Source: a bacterium (lineage in GTDB: Bacteria > Patescibacteriota > Saccharimonadia > UBA4664). Taken from it: a stretch of DNA of 64,000 bases. Shown here piece by piece: positions 41,163-52,051 of this stretch. The stretch covers positions 1,223,436-1,287,435 of the forward strand of contig CP064960.1 of assembly GCA_016699105.1 (NCBI GenBank). The letters run 5' to 3'. Position 1 is the stretch's first letter, and each line of letters starts with the position of its first letter. Below the pieces are notes generated by a model. It was not told where the DNA came from and ran no database searches. It was given only the letters and a program-made list of their open reading frames with translations. Both the position numbers and the translations under genes were made by a program.

Positions 41163-41408
41163 ATGGTTGTTTTATCAGTATTGGCCGCAGTGGTCGCAGC
41201 AGTGATGTACCTGGACGGCGACAAGTTGTCCTGGTTCATCGTTGCCCTTTTCACTGCTGCCCTGGGCACGGCTGTGTGGCTGTCTGACATGGCGTCAGCA
41301 CCACTGGCCTACGTCGGCACGTTCGACGGCTTGGGCCTGGTGGCACTGCTGGCCAGTTGGGCCGGTGCGCGCAACCGGGTTGCCGACGTCATTGAGGATG
41401 CGTGGTGA
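41163..41408 (+). CDS. small membrane protein
   Basis: GAGGAG RBS, 2 TM helices, GC-rich codons. Confidence 0.3.
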   Translation: MVVLSVLAAVVAAVMYLDGDKLSWFIVALFTAALGTAVWLSDMASAPLAYVGTFDGLGLVALLASWAGARNRVADVIEDAW

Positions 41409-41728
41409 TGAACCACCCGAATCCTCGTCGCCCCCAGCCGGTACAGGTGTGCCGCACCCTCCGCGGTAACTGGATCATCATGATGGCCGCTGTCTTTCTT
41501 GGTGTGTTCATCTGGTACCTGGTATCACTCCAGGAGACCAAGGTGAGAGACCAGTACAACATCGATCACCTGACGGATTCCAGCACCATCTTCATGATCG
41601 TCATCATACTTCTGTTGGTGACGCTGGTCATGTCGCTTGTTGCGATGATATGCCGCGACCGGTTGGAATGGGCACGGCAACGTGACAACAGCATTCGTGC
41701 TGCGCACCGACGCGATTCAATCCGCTAG
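41402..41728 (+). CDS. small membrane protein
   Basis: Overlaps previous ORF stop (GTGATGA); 2 TM helices; followed by a strong terminator. Confidence 0.3.
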   Translation: MVMNHPNPRRPQPVQVCRTLRGNWIIMMAAVFLGVFIWYLVSLQETKVRDQYNIDHLTDSSTIFMIVIILLLVTLVMSLVAMICRDRLEWARQRDNSIRAAHRRDSIR

Positions 41729-41747
41729 CTCTCCCGCGGGGACACAC

Positions 41748-41795
41748 GTGGCCCGGAACAGTTTCATCGTTCCGGGCCACGCCACACTTTTATTC
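41748..41795 (+). terminator. rho-independent terminator (12-bp stem GTGGCCCGGAAC/GTTCCGGGCCAC plus T-run)
   Basis: Perfect inverted repeat followed by CACTTTTATT. Confidence 0.6.
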
Positions 41796-41811
41796 ACATT
41801 TTGTTTTGAAA

Positions 41812-42956
41812 CTAATAAATATATCGGAAACTGGACGCCGAGACCGTCCGACTGGTCGCCCGATTCCAGCCACCGTTGTAGTTCATCTCGCTGATCGTAA
41901 CACTGTTGCCGGAGACACTTTCAACGTAAGCGACGTGACCGTAGTAGCCGGAACCGGTCCAGGCAATGGCACCTGGTACGGGTACTGAGCCAACTCTAAA
42001 CCCGGAAGCTTGCGCGTTGTAATACCAGGTATTGGCATTACCCCAACCACCAGGAACGCTGCGGCGCAAGGCTACGTAATACGTACAATAACCAAAGGCA
42101 TAGCCGCCACCAGAACCGCTGTAGCGCGTCAGGGTCGGTGCTGTGGCGCTGCGTGTAGTGCTAGCACCAGCTACAGATCCACGGGTGCTAGCCGAAGCTA
42201 GGTGGCGACAGGACGAGCTGGAGCAGGTTTAATGCCATCAGGTATGATAATTTGTTGACCAGCGGCTAAGCCTTTGAGTTCGGCATTGTTGTAGGACAAA
42301 ATTTGAGCGGCATTGGCCTGGTAGGCGTTGGCTAGGCTCTCGGGTGAGTCAGACCCACTGACGGTGTACAACAATCCACTGACGGGCAAAATGGTGAGTT
42401 GTTGGCCGGGACGCACAAAATCGGCGTCATCTAAGTCATTGGCCCATTTGATGGTGGCAGTAGTAATGCCGAACTTACTGGCAATCGTCGACAATGTATC
42501 ACCGGCGGTGACGCTGTATTTTTGAATATCACGCGTAGCGGTGCCAGCGGTACTAACGACCTGACGTTTGGCGAGGGTATCGTCGGCAGTCGACAATAAG
42601 GCGACTTGTTCGTTTTTCTTGGTAGCGGTGCGGGAGGCTTCGGTCACAATCATCAGCTGGTTGGAGGTAGCTACGTCTGCTGACAAGCTAGCGACAGTTG
42701 CGCCATCAAGCGAGCCACCAATTCCTGATTGAGATGACATCAATCTGACCGCTACCGAGTGAGAAGTTGCTGGATCATTGGCGGATACCACCAAGGCCGC
42801 CAACGTCACGAGCCCGGCGTGAGCCAGGAAGCGAGGGCGGTACCAGCGCTGGCTGGCAGCCAAAACTCTGGTAGTGGCGTTGATGAAGCTGCTCACCTGA
42901 CCGACGAGTCGGCTATTGAGCGGCCGGCGCTGGGCTGGCTGGGCGGTGGTGAACAA
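41812..42956 (-). CDS. LysM-CHAP peptidoglycan hydrolase (split by a 1-nt frameshift near 42200-42240)
   Basis: LysM motif YSVTAGDTLSTIASKFGI...VRPGQQLTILP. CHAP catalytic Cys block GYAFGYCTYYV and His block GHVAYVESV...EMNYNGG in the next frame, joined by an S/T/A linker. Confidence 0.7.
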
Positions 42957-43237
42957 TCCGATGTGCCCTGGGTTTATCAGGACGCTGAGGGTATCTCTAC
43001 TAATGGGGAAACTCCATACTGCTAAAGCTTAACGCTTACAGTTGCTAGTCTATGATTGGCGAAGAAAGCTGTCAACCTGGTCATCAGATACGAATTTCGG
43101 CGGTTGAAAACCGAAAATCGTGGTGTTTTATGACCCTGTTGCAGGTTAGCACATCTTTGGTATATGTCAAATACGAGCTTACGTTTATATTGCAGGCAAT
43201 TGATTGATATTGCTGTCAAACTAGGCTGACTGTTCGG

Positions 43238-44235
43238 TTAGCGTAAGTGCTTTACGATATTTTGTTGATGCTCAGCGTAGGTTTTGGCATAATAGGTTTT
43301 ACCGTCGTTACCAGATAGGAAATACAAGTAGTCAGTGGTGGCAGGTTTGGCCACCGCGTCCATAGCCGATGTTCCCGGGCTACAGATAGGTCCAGGGGGT
43401 AAGCCGGCAACTTTGCGGGTATTGTAGGGTGAGTCGAGATTTACATCAAAGCTGACACCCAGGAGTTTGGCGGCATATTCGGTAGTAACGTCTGATCCCA
43501 GGGTTTGACCAGTCCGTAGGCGTTTGAGGAATATTTGAGCTACAACTGGCCGGTCAGCGGGAATATTGACCTCTCGTTCGACAATACTAGCGAGCGTCAG
43601 TCCCTGATGGTACGACAATCCTTGAGCCGCAAAAGCCGCCGAATAAGTAGTACTGGTCTTGGCCGCCAAATTGTCGATCATGGTATCAACGAGTTGCGCC
43701 GCGGTGGTAGTGGCGCCTATTTCATAGGAATCGGGGAAGAGGTAGCCTTCAAGACTGACACCGGACGGACGACTACTCAATATACTTTGGCTATGAGGGC
43801 CGGCAAGGGCGGCATCGAAAGCTGCTCCACTCAAACCGCTACTGATGAATTCGGCCCTTATTTGGGCGAGAGTATAACCCTCAGGAATCACTAAGCGTTG
43901 TGTCAATGTGCGACCGCCGGCAATAGTTTCAGCCACTTGGCTGGCGGCCCATGATGGCGATAGTTCATACGTGCCCGCTTTGAGTTTGGGGCGCAGTCCA
44001 TGCAGATTGATATAGGTGACAAAAGCCTGGCGATTTTTGATGATGCCAGCGTCTTCTAGGTTTGAGCAATGGCCGGGGCGCTTTGACCGGCCGTTATTTG
44101 AAAGGTTTTGGTACTCGTATTGTCGGGAGCAGCTGGCTGCAATTGCAATCGGTATGACACATATAATAAGACAAGACCGGCGATGAGTCCAGCGGCCAGC
44201 ACACCAGCAACCAGTTGGTACTTCGACTTGGTCAT
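43238..44235 (-). CDS. mltG: endolytic murein transglycosylase MltG (YceG family) (split by a 1-nt frameshift near 44061)
   Basis: N-terminal TM MTKSKYQLVAGVLAAGLIAGLVLL then YceG blocks FQITAGQSAPAIAQ|NLEDAGIIKN.., ..YLFPDSYE.., ..GLPPGPI... Start overlaps ruvX stop (ATGA). Confidence 0.8.
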
Positions 44236-44619
44236 AGCGCGTCGACAAAGTCCTGCAAAATAATAGCTGCTGCCTGCGCATCGATGTCGGCTTTGGTGTA
44301 GGTACGGCCGCTGTCTCGAGCTCAGCTTCAGCTATGGCTGAGGTGGCAGCTTCATCTTGAAACACCGGGTCCAATTTCAGTTGCCGGGTCAGTGTATCGT
44401 CGCAAAAGCGGCGAACCGCCAGGGTTTGGGGGTATCGGAGCCGGCTAAATTGCGCGGTAACCCGACTACGATTGCAGCAAAGGGACCATGCTCCTGAATT
44501 GTGGCCACCAGCTGGCTCGGCGCCACGGTTTGCCAGGGTCGAGCCACTCGGGCATCGGGTTCGGCCACAGCTAAGCCAACCCGTTTGGTACCAACATCAA
44601 TACCAAGGTAATAACCGGA
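44232..44619 (-). CDS. ruvX: Holliday junction resolvase-like / pre-16S rRNA nuclease RuvX (YqgF) (split by two 1-nt frameshifts)
   Basis: YLGIDVGTKRVGLAVAE, IVVGLPRNLAGSDTP. C-terminus recovered across two frame changes ending ..IDAQAAAIILQDFVDAL. Confidence 0.7.
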
Positions 44620-44638
44620 GACTGATTCCCCCACTGGC

Positions 44639-46381
44639 TTAGTCACCCGAAGCAACCTTGATTTCGATAGTAATCTTGTTGGTTCGGCCCGGTATACTCG
44701 TAGCCCATACTGGTTTGAGCGTAATTTCAACGTGAGCGACGCTGGGTTGGCGGGCAGCTAAAGTGACTGCGTCACCAAAGCGCTTACCGGCTAGTTCTTC
44801 AGCCAGTTTAGTTGTATCGATTTTGGCGCCGGAGTAGGCGTCGGTCGTGAGGTGGAAGACTTGTTTACCTTGCGCATCGGCACTGTCGGCCGTCAGTTGA
44901 GCAGATTTGAGACCATCATCGTAGATCTGGTTGGCTGCACCAACTTGCTTGTTTTCTAGGTCACGAATCAGTGACTCATACTCACCTTTTTTGACCGCTA
45001 ACGCGCTATAGACGGCTTTGAATGTAATCGTGCCTGACGGTCCCTCGCCGTCGACTGCAGGAGATGGTACGACGTCATTGGTGGTTGTTTTGCGCGAAGC
45101 CGCCAATATTAAGAATTCGGCTGGGGTAACGCCTTCGAGGGCTTTACTGATGTTGTCTTTGTCTTTCTCGACGGCCGCCGCTACCGCCGCATCCACATCA
45201 GCTTGGGTGACTACGGTAATCGTCTTACTAGTGCCGCCGGACATTTGGCTGCCCTTGGACGAGATACTATTTTGGCCAGTTTGCTGATTGAGGGGCAATC
45301 CCGGCATGGTATAGGTTGCGGGTGCTTGATTGTAACTATCACCGTTTTGGTCGGCAATAACCGCCACCGTGGCTGTTCCCGGCGTTGTGCAACCAAAGAA
45401 ATTACCTTGCCCACCCGGGACGATCACCTCGGCGGTGGAGCGGAATATTTTGCCGTCGGGCGATTGAAAACGGGTACCTTCGACATAGGTGTGGTTGGCG
45501 GCGTCCATACAATTGCTAATGGTAATGGTGCCCGTAGCTTTGGTACCAATGTCTTTTTTGCCAGTTGGGGTGAAGGTGGTGTTTAGATCACGGCTGGCCG
45601 ATAAACTCTGGCCGGCAAGTATGGCTTTATCAGATTGAGTAGTGGTAGATTTGGGGTCGACGGTGAAAGCGGCATCAATGCTGGTTTTGGTGGCATTGGC
45701 GTACAGCGTCACCTGAGCGGTGCTAAACATATACATGTAACCGAAGTAACCGCCGACAGCAAAGACAGCCAGACCAACCCACAGCAGGCGGCGTTTGAGT
45801 TTGCCATAACTGGGCACCTTGACTGCCCGGCGAACGGGGCCAGCTGGGGTAGCGTCAGATGCATCCGCATCCGCAGAATCGTCAGCGTTATCGCCGGTTT
45901 TCACGGGTTGCGTAACTGGGGTGGCATCGGATGTTGGTTGTTCGTCTTCGGGGACTTCTCGGCGGCGGAATTTGAGAGCCTTGGTTACCTTGGACTGAGG
46001 CTGCGTTACATCGTCAGCGACAGCAGCGGCGGCTTCAACCGGACCAACTGGGTCGGCAGCAGTAATGACTTCGTCTTCGAGATCGACTTTGGGTGGTGGC
46101 GCCGACTCTAAGACTACAGCTTTAGCACCGACTGATGTCGCGACAGCCAAGCCGGTGCGAGCAGCTAAATCGGTGGCAATTTTGTCATTGGTGACGAGAA
46201 CCAGTGATTTACCCCCGGCTTCGGCGGCTTTTTTGAGCAATTTGAGATTGATGATGCTTTGGAGCAGGCTCGAACGCTTGGGCACCACGATATGCACAGA
46301 TTCAGATGTCGCGTGACGCAGTTTATCTATAGCCGAGGTAATGTCTTCGTCGGCTTCGAGGTACAGGGCCTGATCTTTCAT
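44639..46381 (-). CDS. hypothetical large membrane-anchored exported protein
   Basis: ~95-aa cytoplasmic N-domain, acidic linker, one TM (LLWVGLAVFAVGGYFGYMYMF), ~380-aa Thr/Gly/Ala-rich extracytoplasmic region. Confidence 0.35.
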   Translation of the reverse strand: MKDQALYLEADEDITSAIDKLRHATSESVHIVVPKRSSLLQSIINLKLLKKAAEAGGKSLVLVTNDKIATDLAARTGLAVATSVGAKAVVLESAPPPKVDLEDEVITAADPVGPVEAAAAVADDVTQPQSKVTKALKFRRREVPEDEQPTSDATPVTQPVKTGDNADDSADADASDATPAGPVRRAVKVPSYGKLKRRLLWVGLAVFAVGGYFGYMYMFSTAQVTLYANATKTSIDAAFTVDPKSTTTQSDKAILAGQSLSASRDLNTTFTPTGKKDIGTKATGTITISNCMDAANHTYVEGTRFQSPDGKIFRSTAEVIVPGGQGNFFGCTTPGTATVAVIADQNGDSYNQAPATYTMPGLPLNQQTGQNSISSKGSQMSGGTSKTITVVTQADVDAAVAAAVEKDKDNISKALEGVTPAEFLILAASRKTTTNDVVPSPAVDGEGPSGTITFKAVYSALAVKKGEYESLIRDLENKQVGAANQIYDDGLKSAQLTADSADAQGKQVFHLTTDAYSGAKIDTTKLAEELAGKRFGDAVTLAARQPSVAHVEITLKPVWATSIPGRTNKITIEIKVASGD

Positions 46382-46509
46382 ACTATCTAGATTATCATAC
46401 TTGTTGTGCTGGAGGGTACCGTTTCACGTGGCTGTTGATTAATTACGAGTTTTAGTGTTTAATTTGATCGTTCAGAACCCTGAACAGCGGATCGACGAGA
46501 GGAGCCTCC

Positions 46510-46884
46510 ATGGCTCGCAAGGAAACTATCATCTTGGTCGACGATGTGGACGGTAGTGAAGCTGTCGAGTCGATCGAATTCGCCCTCGATGGCGTGACCT
46601 ACGAGATCGACGTATCGGCTGTGAACGCTCTTCAGCTGCGCGCTGCGATCGGCCATTGGGCGCATCATGCTCGGACAGTCAAGATGAGCAAGGCCAAGCG
46701 CTTTGCGGGGCGTAAGTCTCCCAAGCCCAAGACTGTGGTGGAACCTGACACTGCCACCGTGCGCGCCTGGGCGAACTCGAACGGTTATAACGTTGGTAAG
46801 AGTGGTCGTATCTCCAAGGCCGTGCGCGAAGCTTTTAGCGCTGCCCAGCAGAAGGTAGCACCGACGAAGAAGCATAAGCGCTAG
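46510..46884 (+). CDS. lsr2: Lsr2-like nucleoid-associated protein (H-NS-like xenogeneic silencer)
   Basis: N-terminal dimerisation domain (ETIILVDDVDGSEAVESIEFALDGVTYEIDVSAVNA), C-terminal DNA-binding domain (VRAWANSNGYNVGKSGRISKAVREAF) with RGR-like clamp. Confidence 0.7.
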   Translation: MARKETIILVDDVDGSEAVESIEFALDGVTYEIDVSAVNALQLRAAIGHWAHHARTVKMSKAKRFAGRKSPKPKTVVEPDTATVRAWANSNGYNVGKSGRISKAVREAFSAAQQKVAPTKKHKR

Positions 46885-47207
46885 TCTTTCGGGAGGAATT
46901 CATGCGGTTTTCAGATCTGATTGCCACCGTGGTACTGCGTTTTTGCCATTAAGTCAGTTAGTCAACTGGCTCGGTCTCGGAGACGTGACCGAAGATGGTC
47001 TACCATGGGCTTGGCAAGATGACCACTGGGGCGATGACGCGCCTAACGCGCAACGGCGTCAGCGGCATACTTTCAAGCGCCGAACCCGGCTCTACCCCAT
47101 TGTGGCAGGCTTGGCTGCCGGCGTCACCGGATACACCGTACTTGGTTGGAGATCCAAAGGCTAGAATATGGGCCCGTCGCCACCTGGTGACGGGCCCATA
47201 ACCATAT

Positions 47208-47950
47208 TCAGGGACGTGATGACAGCGCAATATTATCAGTCATACCAATATATTTGGCCGGGCGAAAAGCTGATGGTACGACATCAATGTTTATAAATGT
47301 TCGAATACCGTGGGCTAATAAAGTATTCATAGCAGCCATTGGTGGAGCTTGTCCGCCCGGTAAATTCCAATTTATAGCTGTGGCAAAGCTGCCGACCGTG
47401 GAAATCATGTGTTGAGTTATTTCATCAACTTCAGTAGCCAGGCGATGCGGGTAAGTCCGTGCCGAGCAAATTGTTGTCACTCCAGTTTGGTGGTGAAGAT
47501 CTTTGACGACTGATACTGGCAAATCTTCATATGGCCAGTGTGGTTCAATCGTTATTTCTGGAGGGTATGGTTTGAATAAAAGTGTATCTACCCATGAGTG
47601 AAATACGACCCGGTGGGATCCAAATTGATTTATTATTTCGGCAATTCTAGGAATGGCACGGACATCTTTGCAATCGATGACCAGATACATACTGCCTTGT
47701 TTATACACAGCAGCGATGACTTCTTCGAGCGCAACATTTTTGGGCAATGGTAAATCTTTAAATTTGTAAAACTTTCGGGATGACCGACATAAAGCTCATC
47801 ATTTTGATTTACCGAAACATCCATTTCAAGGCTTCTGCCAGATTGCACTGCCGACTCAAGGATAGACTGTGTAATTACATGCGTATGAAAATATGTGAAT
47901 TGGGAGTGGTGTTTCAAGAAGAAATAGCTCGAGATTGCTAGTTTGCGCAT
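47208..47950 (-). CDS. glycerophosphodiester phosphodiesterase (GDPD/PI-PLC-like) family protein, frameshifted (~47640-47740)
   Basis: N-terminal FHTHV...LEMDVSVNQNDELYVGHP matches GDPD catalytic-His/Glu-Asp block; C-terminal half in second frame. Weak. Confidence 0.4.
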
Positions 47951-49212
47951 GAGGGTATCGGTCGTAGATTCGCCGCCGACGAGATCGAGGCCCAGATTGG
48001 CTAGACCCATGGGCGTAATGTCAGCGAAGCTCGTGAGTTTGCCAGTGGTATCTTTGACCCGACTGACTTCGGCGGGACTGATGTGGCTGACGCTAGGCCG
48101 ACGGGCAAAGGGCAAGTTTTTGTACCAGTCTTTGCCTTTAAGGGCTTCGGTGATTTGAGGCAAACCAGTGCCACCGCCACAGAGTAAGATCTTGCTGGGC
48201 AAATGGTCAACTTTATCGAATTCTCCGAGCGACAGTTCAACGCCAGATAACCACACTTCGATGTCACCGCTGACGGCTTCTTCGACGGCGGCCTTGGATT
48301 TGGGTCCAAGTTGACCCTGACTATAGGCAATTTTCATGGCTTCGGCTTTTCGAAACTCAAATTGGCGGTTTGAGCGAGACGCTTGGTGAAACTGCGGCCG
48401 CCAATGGCAAACATTTTGGTGCCTTCGACTCCCCCATTATTGACTAAAGCAATATCGGTCGTGCCACCACCGATATCGATGAAAATAGCGCTGAATTCAC
48501 CAGAATCTTGGCCGCCAACTGACTTGGCAACGGCGAAGGGCTCGGCGGCAATATTGATGAGGTTGAGGTCTAGATCTTGGGCTACCGATTGGAGGGCACC
48601 CAGGTGAACCATGGGCGCAAAAGCATTAAAGAGCTGAATAGCCACATCTTTACCCTGAAACCGATGGGGTTGGTGACGCGATAGCCATCAATATGTACAT
48701 CGACAATAGCCGTGTTGACCAGTTTGACTTCGAGTTCTTTGTAGCCAGTCTCCCAAGTAAGCTGCTCGCGAGCCGCTCGAAAGCCCGGTATTGCACCCGG
48801 TCGAGAATCTTACGCAATTCGGTCATGTCGATGGGATCGGTCGATTTGTTGCGTTGGTAGCGCACCGTGGTAGTGGCACCTTTGACGAGTTCTCCAGCGA
48901 TACCAATGACCGTGGGCACTTTGGCGACTGAAGTACCAGCCATTTTTCGGCAATCTTGAGGGCGGCGTCGCAGTTTTCGACTACGCCGGCGATATCAGTG
49001 ACCGTACCAGATTGCATATCGGTTAACCGTTGGCGTTGGCGGCCAACACCAGTGATATTGACCGAGGCCGGAGCCCCCGACGACGGGTCCATGACCACTT
49101 CACCGATGAGGGCTTTGACGAATTCGGTACCAATATCTAAAGCCACAAGCTTACGCGGCCCGGTGTCTTTGGACCGGAACTTGGGAATTTTGGCGAGGAG
49201 TTGGCCTTTCAT
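47951..49212 (-). CDS. ftsA: cell division protein FtsA (actin-like ATPase), fragmented over four frames
   Basis: LVALDIGTEFVKALIGEV (phosphate-1), IDIGGGTTDIALV (phosphate-2), ILLCGGGTGLPQITEAL (adenosine motif) on consecutive ORFs. 3' end uncertain. Confidence 0.6.
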
Positions 49213-49231
49213 CTGTCCTTGATTTTAGCGC

Positions 49232-50260
49232 TTATGCTACTGCTTGCCAAACGATTGCTGTTTGGGGCTTATGGCTCAATGGTTGGTAGCGGTGTGGGAG
49301 TGGGGTTTTGGGAATTTGGAGCTTGGCTTGGCGGAGTTGTTCTTTGAGTGAATTAGCATTGCCCGTGAGCCGGTTGTTCTCCGACAATGTGCTATTAAGC
49401 TTGCCCACCATGAGCCAACCAGCGGTAATGGCGCCCATGACGAGTACGGCTATGACTACCCATTGTAAGATGATGACTTTGCCGCTGTGGTCGACGGGTT
49501 CAGGTAGGACTTCGGCGATGGGATCGGCTTCATATTCTTCGTAATATTGCGGCTCCGGTGACGGACGACGGCGTTGGGTGGCCGGTCGCTGAGACGGCTG
49601 CCGGACCGGTTGGCGGTGTTGGACAGGGCGGGCTTGATTGGTAGGCTGGCGATTGGTCATATGCTTTAGGCTCGGTACTACAAAGTTTTCGACATAGGTG
49701 CGGGCGGCGTCAATGGTCGTGCGACCAGTACCTGCATCGGTACAATAGCCAGTTGGTTTGAGATAAAAGTAATAGTAATCGCCAATTTTCTTGATTAAAG
49801 CGCCAGTAGATTGGCTGATGTCTTTGCGTACGATTTGGCCGAGCACGTTGTTGGTTTTGCTGCCGTTACAAGCGGGATAATCAGTTTTGATCTTGGTCGA
49901 GATGAGAGCCGCGACCTGATATTGACCTGAAGCCGTCATGTAATAAGTAAGATCGGCCACGGGATCACTGGTCGAGACTTTGGCACCAATTTCGGGAATA
50001 TTAAGTACCGTCGCTCCAGCCACTGAAGGCGCGGGGGTAGGTGTGACCGCTGTGGGTGTCGGAGTATTGAGCGAGCCCGTTGGTGCATCAGTGTCCGCTC
50101 CGTCAGCTTGCTGATTGAGCTCATAGCGCAAATCGGTGATCTCGCCTTTGAGTAGTTTCTGAGTGTTTTGGGCACGCTGATATTGGATGACATTTAAGCC
50201 GGCGGCGGCCACAAATCCAATGGTGAGCGTGATGACGATTGTGGTAGAAAGCTTAGACAT
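49232..50260 (-). CDS. hypothetical membrane protein upstream of ftsA (FtsQ/DivIB position)
   Basis: N-terminal TM, coiled-coil, Pro/Gln-rich low-complexity stretch, second TM. No POTRA recognisable; may itself be frameshifted. Confidence 0.3.
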   Translation of the reverse strand: MSKLSTTIVITLTIGFVAAAGLNVIQYQRAQNTQKLLKGEITDLRYELNQQADGADTDAPTGSLNTPTPTAVTPTPAPSVAGATVLNIPEIGAKVSTSDPVADLTYYMTASGQYQVAALISTKIKTDYPACNGSKTNNVLGQIVRKDISQSTGALIKKIGDYYYFYLKPTGYCTDAGTGRTTIDAARTYVENFVVPSLKHMTNRQPTNQARPVQHRQPVRQPSQRPATQRRRPSPEPQYYEEYEADPIAEVLPEPVDHSGKVIILQWVVIAVLVMGAITAGWLMVGKLNSTLSENNRLTGNANSLKEQLRQAKLQIPKTPLPHRYQPLSHKPQTAIVWQAVA

Positions 50261-50360
50261 AGGTATGCTTATAAAGTATAGCAGCTATCTGGGGGCACAT
50301 GGTATAGTGTGGCAAGTTCCTTTGACAAAATTGACGATATCCGAAAGGAAGTGAACCGGT

Positions 50361-51287
50361 ATGAACCGGCATGATTCGATGGATCGACCGCTCATGAAGC
50401 TGGCGCCCATGAAAGCATGGGTCGAGTGGATTGTGGCGCATCGTGATGATTCACGTTGGCCGATCCGGACCGCCGCCAGACAATCCGCCAATGGCGTGAC
50501 TGTCTGGCGGGCAATTTTGATTTACCCAGTGATTATGGGGCTTGGTCAGGCAATGATCGTTTGGCATTTCCAGCCGTCGCTTAGTCATGGCTTACTGGTT
50601 ACTGGGTGGCTCTTGGCTGCGTCAATGGTGTACTCGATGGATGCCGTTGATGGTACTCTAGCCAGTCAAGGCGGAATTGAAAGTCGATTCGGTCAGTATT
50701 TCGATCCTTTGGGCGATAAATGGACCATTGTTTGCACGTTGTACAGTCTCTGGCAGGTGGCAAATGTGGTTTTGACGCCCGGCTGGCTGCAGCTGGTCAC
50801 AACGCTCATGATCTGCGATGTAGTTATCAATAGCCTGATTGGAGCTATTGGTTTGGCTCGTGGTGTGCGCGCGATCGGGCGGCCGTTGGCAGCTGCTCCC
50901 AAAGCAGAGACCTGGGGCAAACGCAAAATGTACTGCCAATCGTGGAGTGTGCTGGCACTGGTTGCCGGGCTCCTGATCTTTGGTATCGCCCAATGGCTGG
51001 CCAGCGCAATCTTAACCTTGACTGTAGGGTTGATGATTTTGGCGATTGGGCTCGGGCTGCTGAGTATGCGCCGACACTGGCAAATGCTCATCAATTCTGG
51101 TGACGAAAGTTGGCGAATTGGAATCCGATTCCGGGCCGCGATTTGCATGATAATAGCGGCGATCAGTTGGAATTACGGTAAAGACGCCAGCTACATCGAA
51201 CCGCCAATCTGGCTGCTAGTCTCGCTGATCGTCGGAGCCCTATGCTTTACACTGATGAGCATCAAGCTCAGTTCTGATGCCGCCTAG
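50361..51287 (+). CDS. CDP-alcohol phosphatidyltransferase family protein
   Basis: Signature DAVDGTLASQGGIESRFGQYFDPLGDK (D-G-x2-A-R...G-x3-D-x3-D); polytopic membrane protein. Confidence 0.65.
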   Translation: MNRHDSMDRPLMKLAPMKAWVEWIVAHRDDSRWPIRTAARQSANGVTVWRAILIYPVIMGLGQAMIVWHFQPSLSHGLLVTGWLLAASMVYSMDAVDGTLASQGGIESRFGQYFDPLGDKWTIVCTLYSLWQVANVVLTPGWLQLVTTLMICDVVINSLIGAIGLARGVRAIGRPLAAAPKAETWGKRKMYCQSWSVLALVAGLLIFGIAQWLASAILTLTVGLMILAIGLGLLSMRRHWQMLINSGDESWRIGIRFRAAICMIIAAISWNYGKDASYIEPPIWLLVSLIVGALCFTLMSIKLSSDAA

Positions 51288-51428
51288 CGGAACGCACGAG
51301 CGTCCGGCTGGGCGGCTCGTGTGTGTATAACATGAATTATTTAGCTATTTTACTTGACTTTTGAGTACTTTTGTAGTTATATATAAATGGTCCTTTTAAA
51401 CTCAGCCCCCTACCAAACGGGAGTTTCC

Positions 51429-51986
51429 ATGCGATCCATGATCGTTAAGTTTCGAAACAGCCGGATTGAATTCTGGCTGAGTTTGGCAACGCTGGCACTA
51501 TTTGTATACACGTTTATCGCCCAGCGACGAACGAACATCTACGCATTGTGCCGCATTGACCCGATCAATACGATGTACGGCAGCGGATATTACAAGAGGT
51601 CGATGGCAGCGGAAGACGTCGAACGCTGCATCGGTGCTCGTCAAAACGACCTGCTGGCGGCTTGGGCAGGACCCTTTGCCTGGGCCTTGATCGTGACGGT
51701 TGTAGTCATGAGTTCGTTGCTGGGCATGCTCTACGTCCTGGCCAGATACACCAATTGGCTGGGAAATGCGGCCGGTTTGCGGCCGGTTATTTTCTTCAAC
51801 TGCGGATGCGGTCTGAACAGCTGTGCGCACTGTCGGACTGGGCTGCATAAGCTGAGTACGAAGCAGTACAATCTGTTGCTGGAAGCTCCAGCAAATGAGC
51901 CGGAAGTCAGTACGTCAACCGGCCCGCGTCGGAAGAAGCCACTGACCTTTTTGCGCTTTTTCCCTCGCGGCAAGGTCATGAGGTAA
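51429..51986 (+). CDS. hypothetical membrane protein with Cys-rich C-terminal segment
   Basis: GGGAG RBS before MRSMIVKF; 2-3 TM helices; CGCGLNSCAHC cluster. Confidence 0.3.
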   Translation: MRSMIVKFRNSRIEFWLSLATLALFVYTFIAQRRTNIYALCRIDPINTMYGSGYYKRSMAAEDVERCIGARQNDLLAAWAGPFAWALIVTVVVMSSLLGMLYVLARYTNWLGNAAGLRPVIFFNCGCGLNSCAHCRTGLHKLSTKQYNLLLEAPANEPEVSTSTGPRRKKPLTFLRFFPRGKVMR

Positions 51987-52009
51987 CAACTGAACCTGCC
52001 TTCAGAATC

Positions 52010-52051
52010 GGGCACCTGGACTACAAAGTCCAGGTGCCCGTAATGCTTTTT
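52010..52051 (+). terminator. rho-independent terminator (13-bp stem GGGCACCTGGACT/GTCCAGGTGCCC plus T-run) between convergent genes
   Basis: Perfect inverted repeat with 5-nt loop followed by GTAATGCTTTTTACTC. Confidence 0.6.

Noticed and set aside
46459-46875. 138-aa minus-strand ORF antisense to lsr2
   Set aside because: Overlaps the Lsr2-like gene, which has strong domain-level matches; no motif or RBS on this strand.
46943-47164. 73-aa plus-strand ORF after lsr2 (Trp/Asp/Arg-rich)
   Set aside because: No RBS, unusual composition and no homolog recognised; kept as unsupported.
47170-47205. GC hairpin GGGCCCGTC..GACGGGCCC downstream of ORF 46943-47164 and the GDPD-like gene
   Set aside because: - 9-bp stem but no flanking T-run on either strand.
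- Could be a weak bidirectional terminator, but not confident enough to list as a feature.
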